A DNA stretch of 62,364 nt, the filler included, from Globobulimina sp. (Eukaryota): the NCBI GenBank assembly GCA_003354225.1. It is 26 parts of 26 records of this genome, joined end to end, with 100 filler letters (N's around TTAATTAATTAA, not from the genome) between each part and the next. Parts side by side here need not be neighbours in the genome. Positions count along the whole stretch, not along the records: positions 60,064 to 62,364 come from PIVH01007537.1; 25 more parts are not named here. One strand, 5' to 3'. Shown piece after piece: positions 62,275 through 62,364 of the stretch. A program made the position numbers and the translations under genes. Each line of letters starts with the position of its first letter. Positions within the stretch are counted from its first letter, which is position 1. The notes under the pieces are model-generated. The model searched no databases. It was given only the letters and a program-made list of their open reading frames with translations, and was not told the DNA's origin.

Positions 62275-62364
62275 CTGTGTATTTATAACATATATATTTA
62301 TGTTTGGGCACATATTATAGAAAGAATATACCTTTTTTTTGGTGCAGTTTTAACAAATGAAAGA

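Noticed and set aside
1-62364. Uniform 2.3-kb pieces as nanochromosomes or viral segments
   Set aside because: No telomeres or shared ends, genes are cut at the edges, and lengths are simply sorted.
1-62364. rRNA, tRNA or other structured ncRNA genes
   Set aside because: None recognisable by eye. A tRNAscan-SE or Infernal run would be needed to exclude them.

Overview
This window is not one locus. It is a pseudo-scaffold of 26 unrelated contigs of 2304-2301 bp, sorted by decreasing length and joined by 25 artificial 100-bp spacers (44 N + TTAATTAATTAA + 44 N), so gene neighbourhoods across spacers carry no information. Most contigs come from an AT-rich, gene-dense microbial eukaryote using the standard genetic code, with short GT-AG introns (mostly 52-93 nt) that break up the supplied ORF track. 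Gene style suggests a foraminiferan/rhizarian (inference only). Recognisable genes: mRNA cap N7-methyltransferase, PIG-M, GCP2, CLC channel, GH16, GH31, M1 aminopeptidase, CAP, cytochrome b5, RPAP3, CAP-Gly, C2H2, RING, TPR-SAM, a 7TM protein and a LINE reverse transcriptase. At least three contigs switch abruptly into bacterial-looking sequence, most likely amplification chimeras. Best leads: (1) a circular-looking 2183-bp unit whose spliced reading frame has no stop codon; (2) a motor-less dynein stalk/microtubule-binding-domain protein; (3) a secreted prolyl 4-hydroxylase fused to a VHL-beta-like domain that the ORF track misses; (4) a plant-type PLS-class PPR protein with a mitochondrial-like presequence; (5) atypical E2-UBL and Ran proteins; (6) several small palindromic/MITE families. 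I found no multi-gene novel system. All domain calls come from motif recognition by eye, not database searches.
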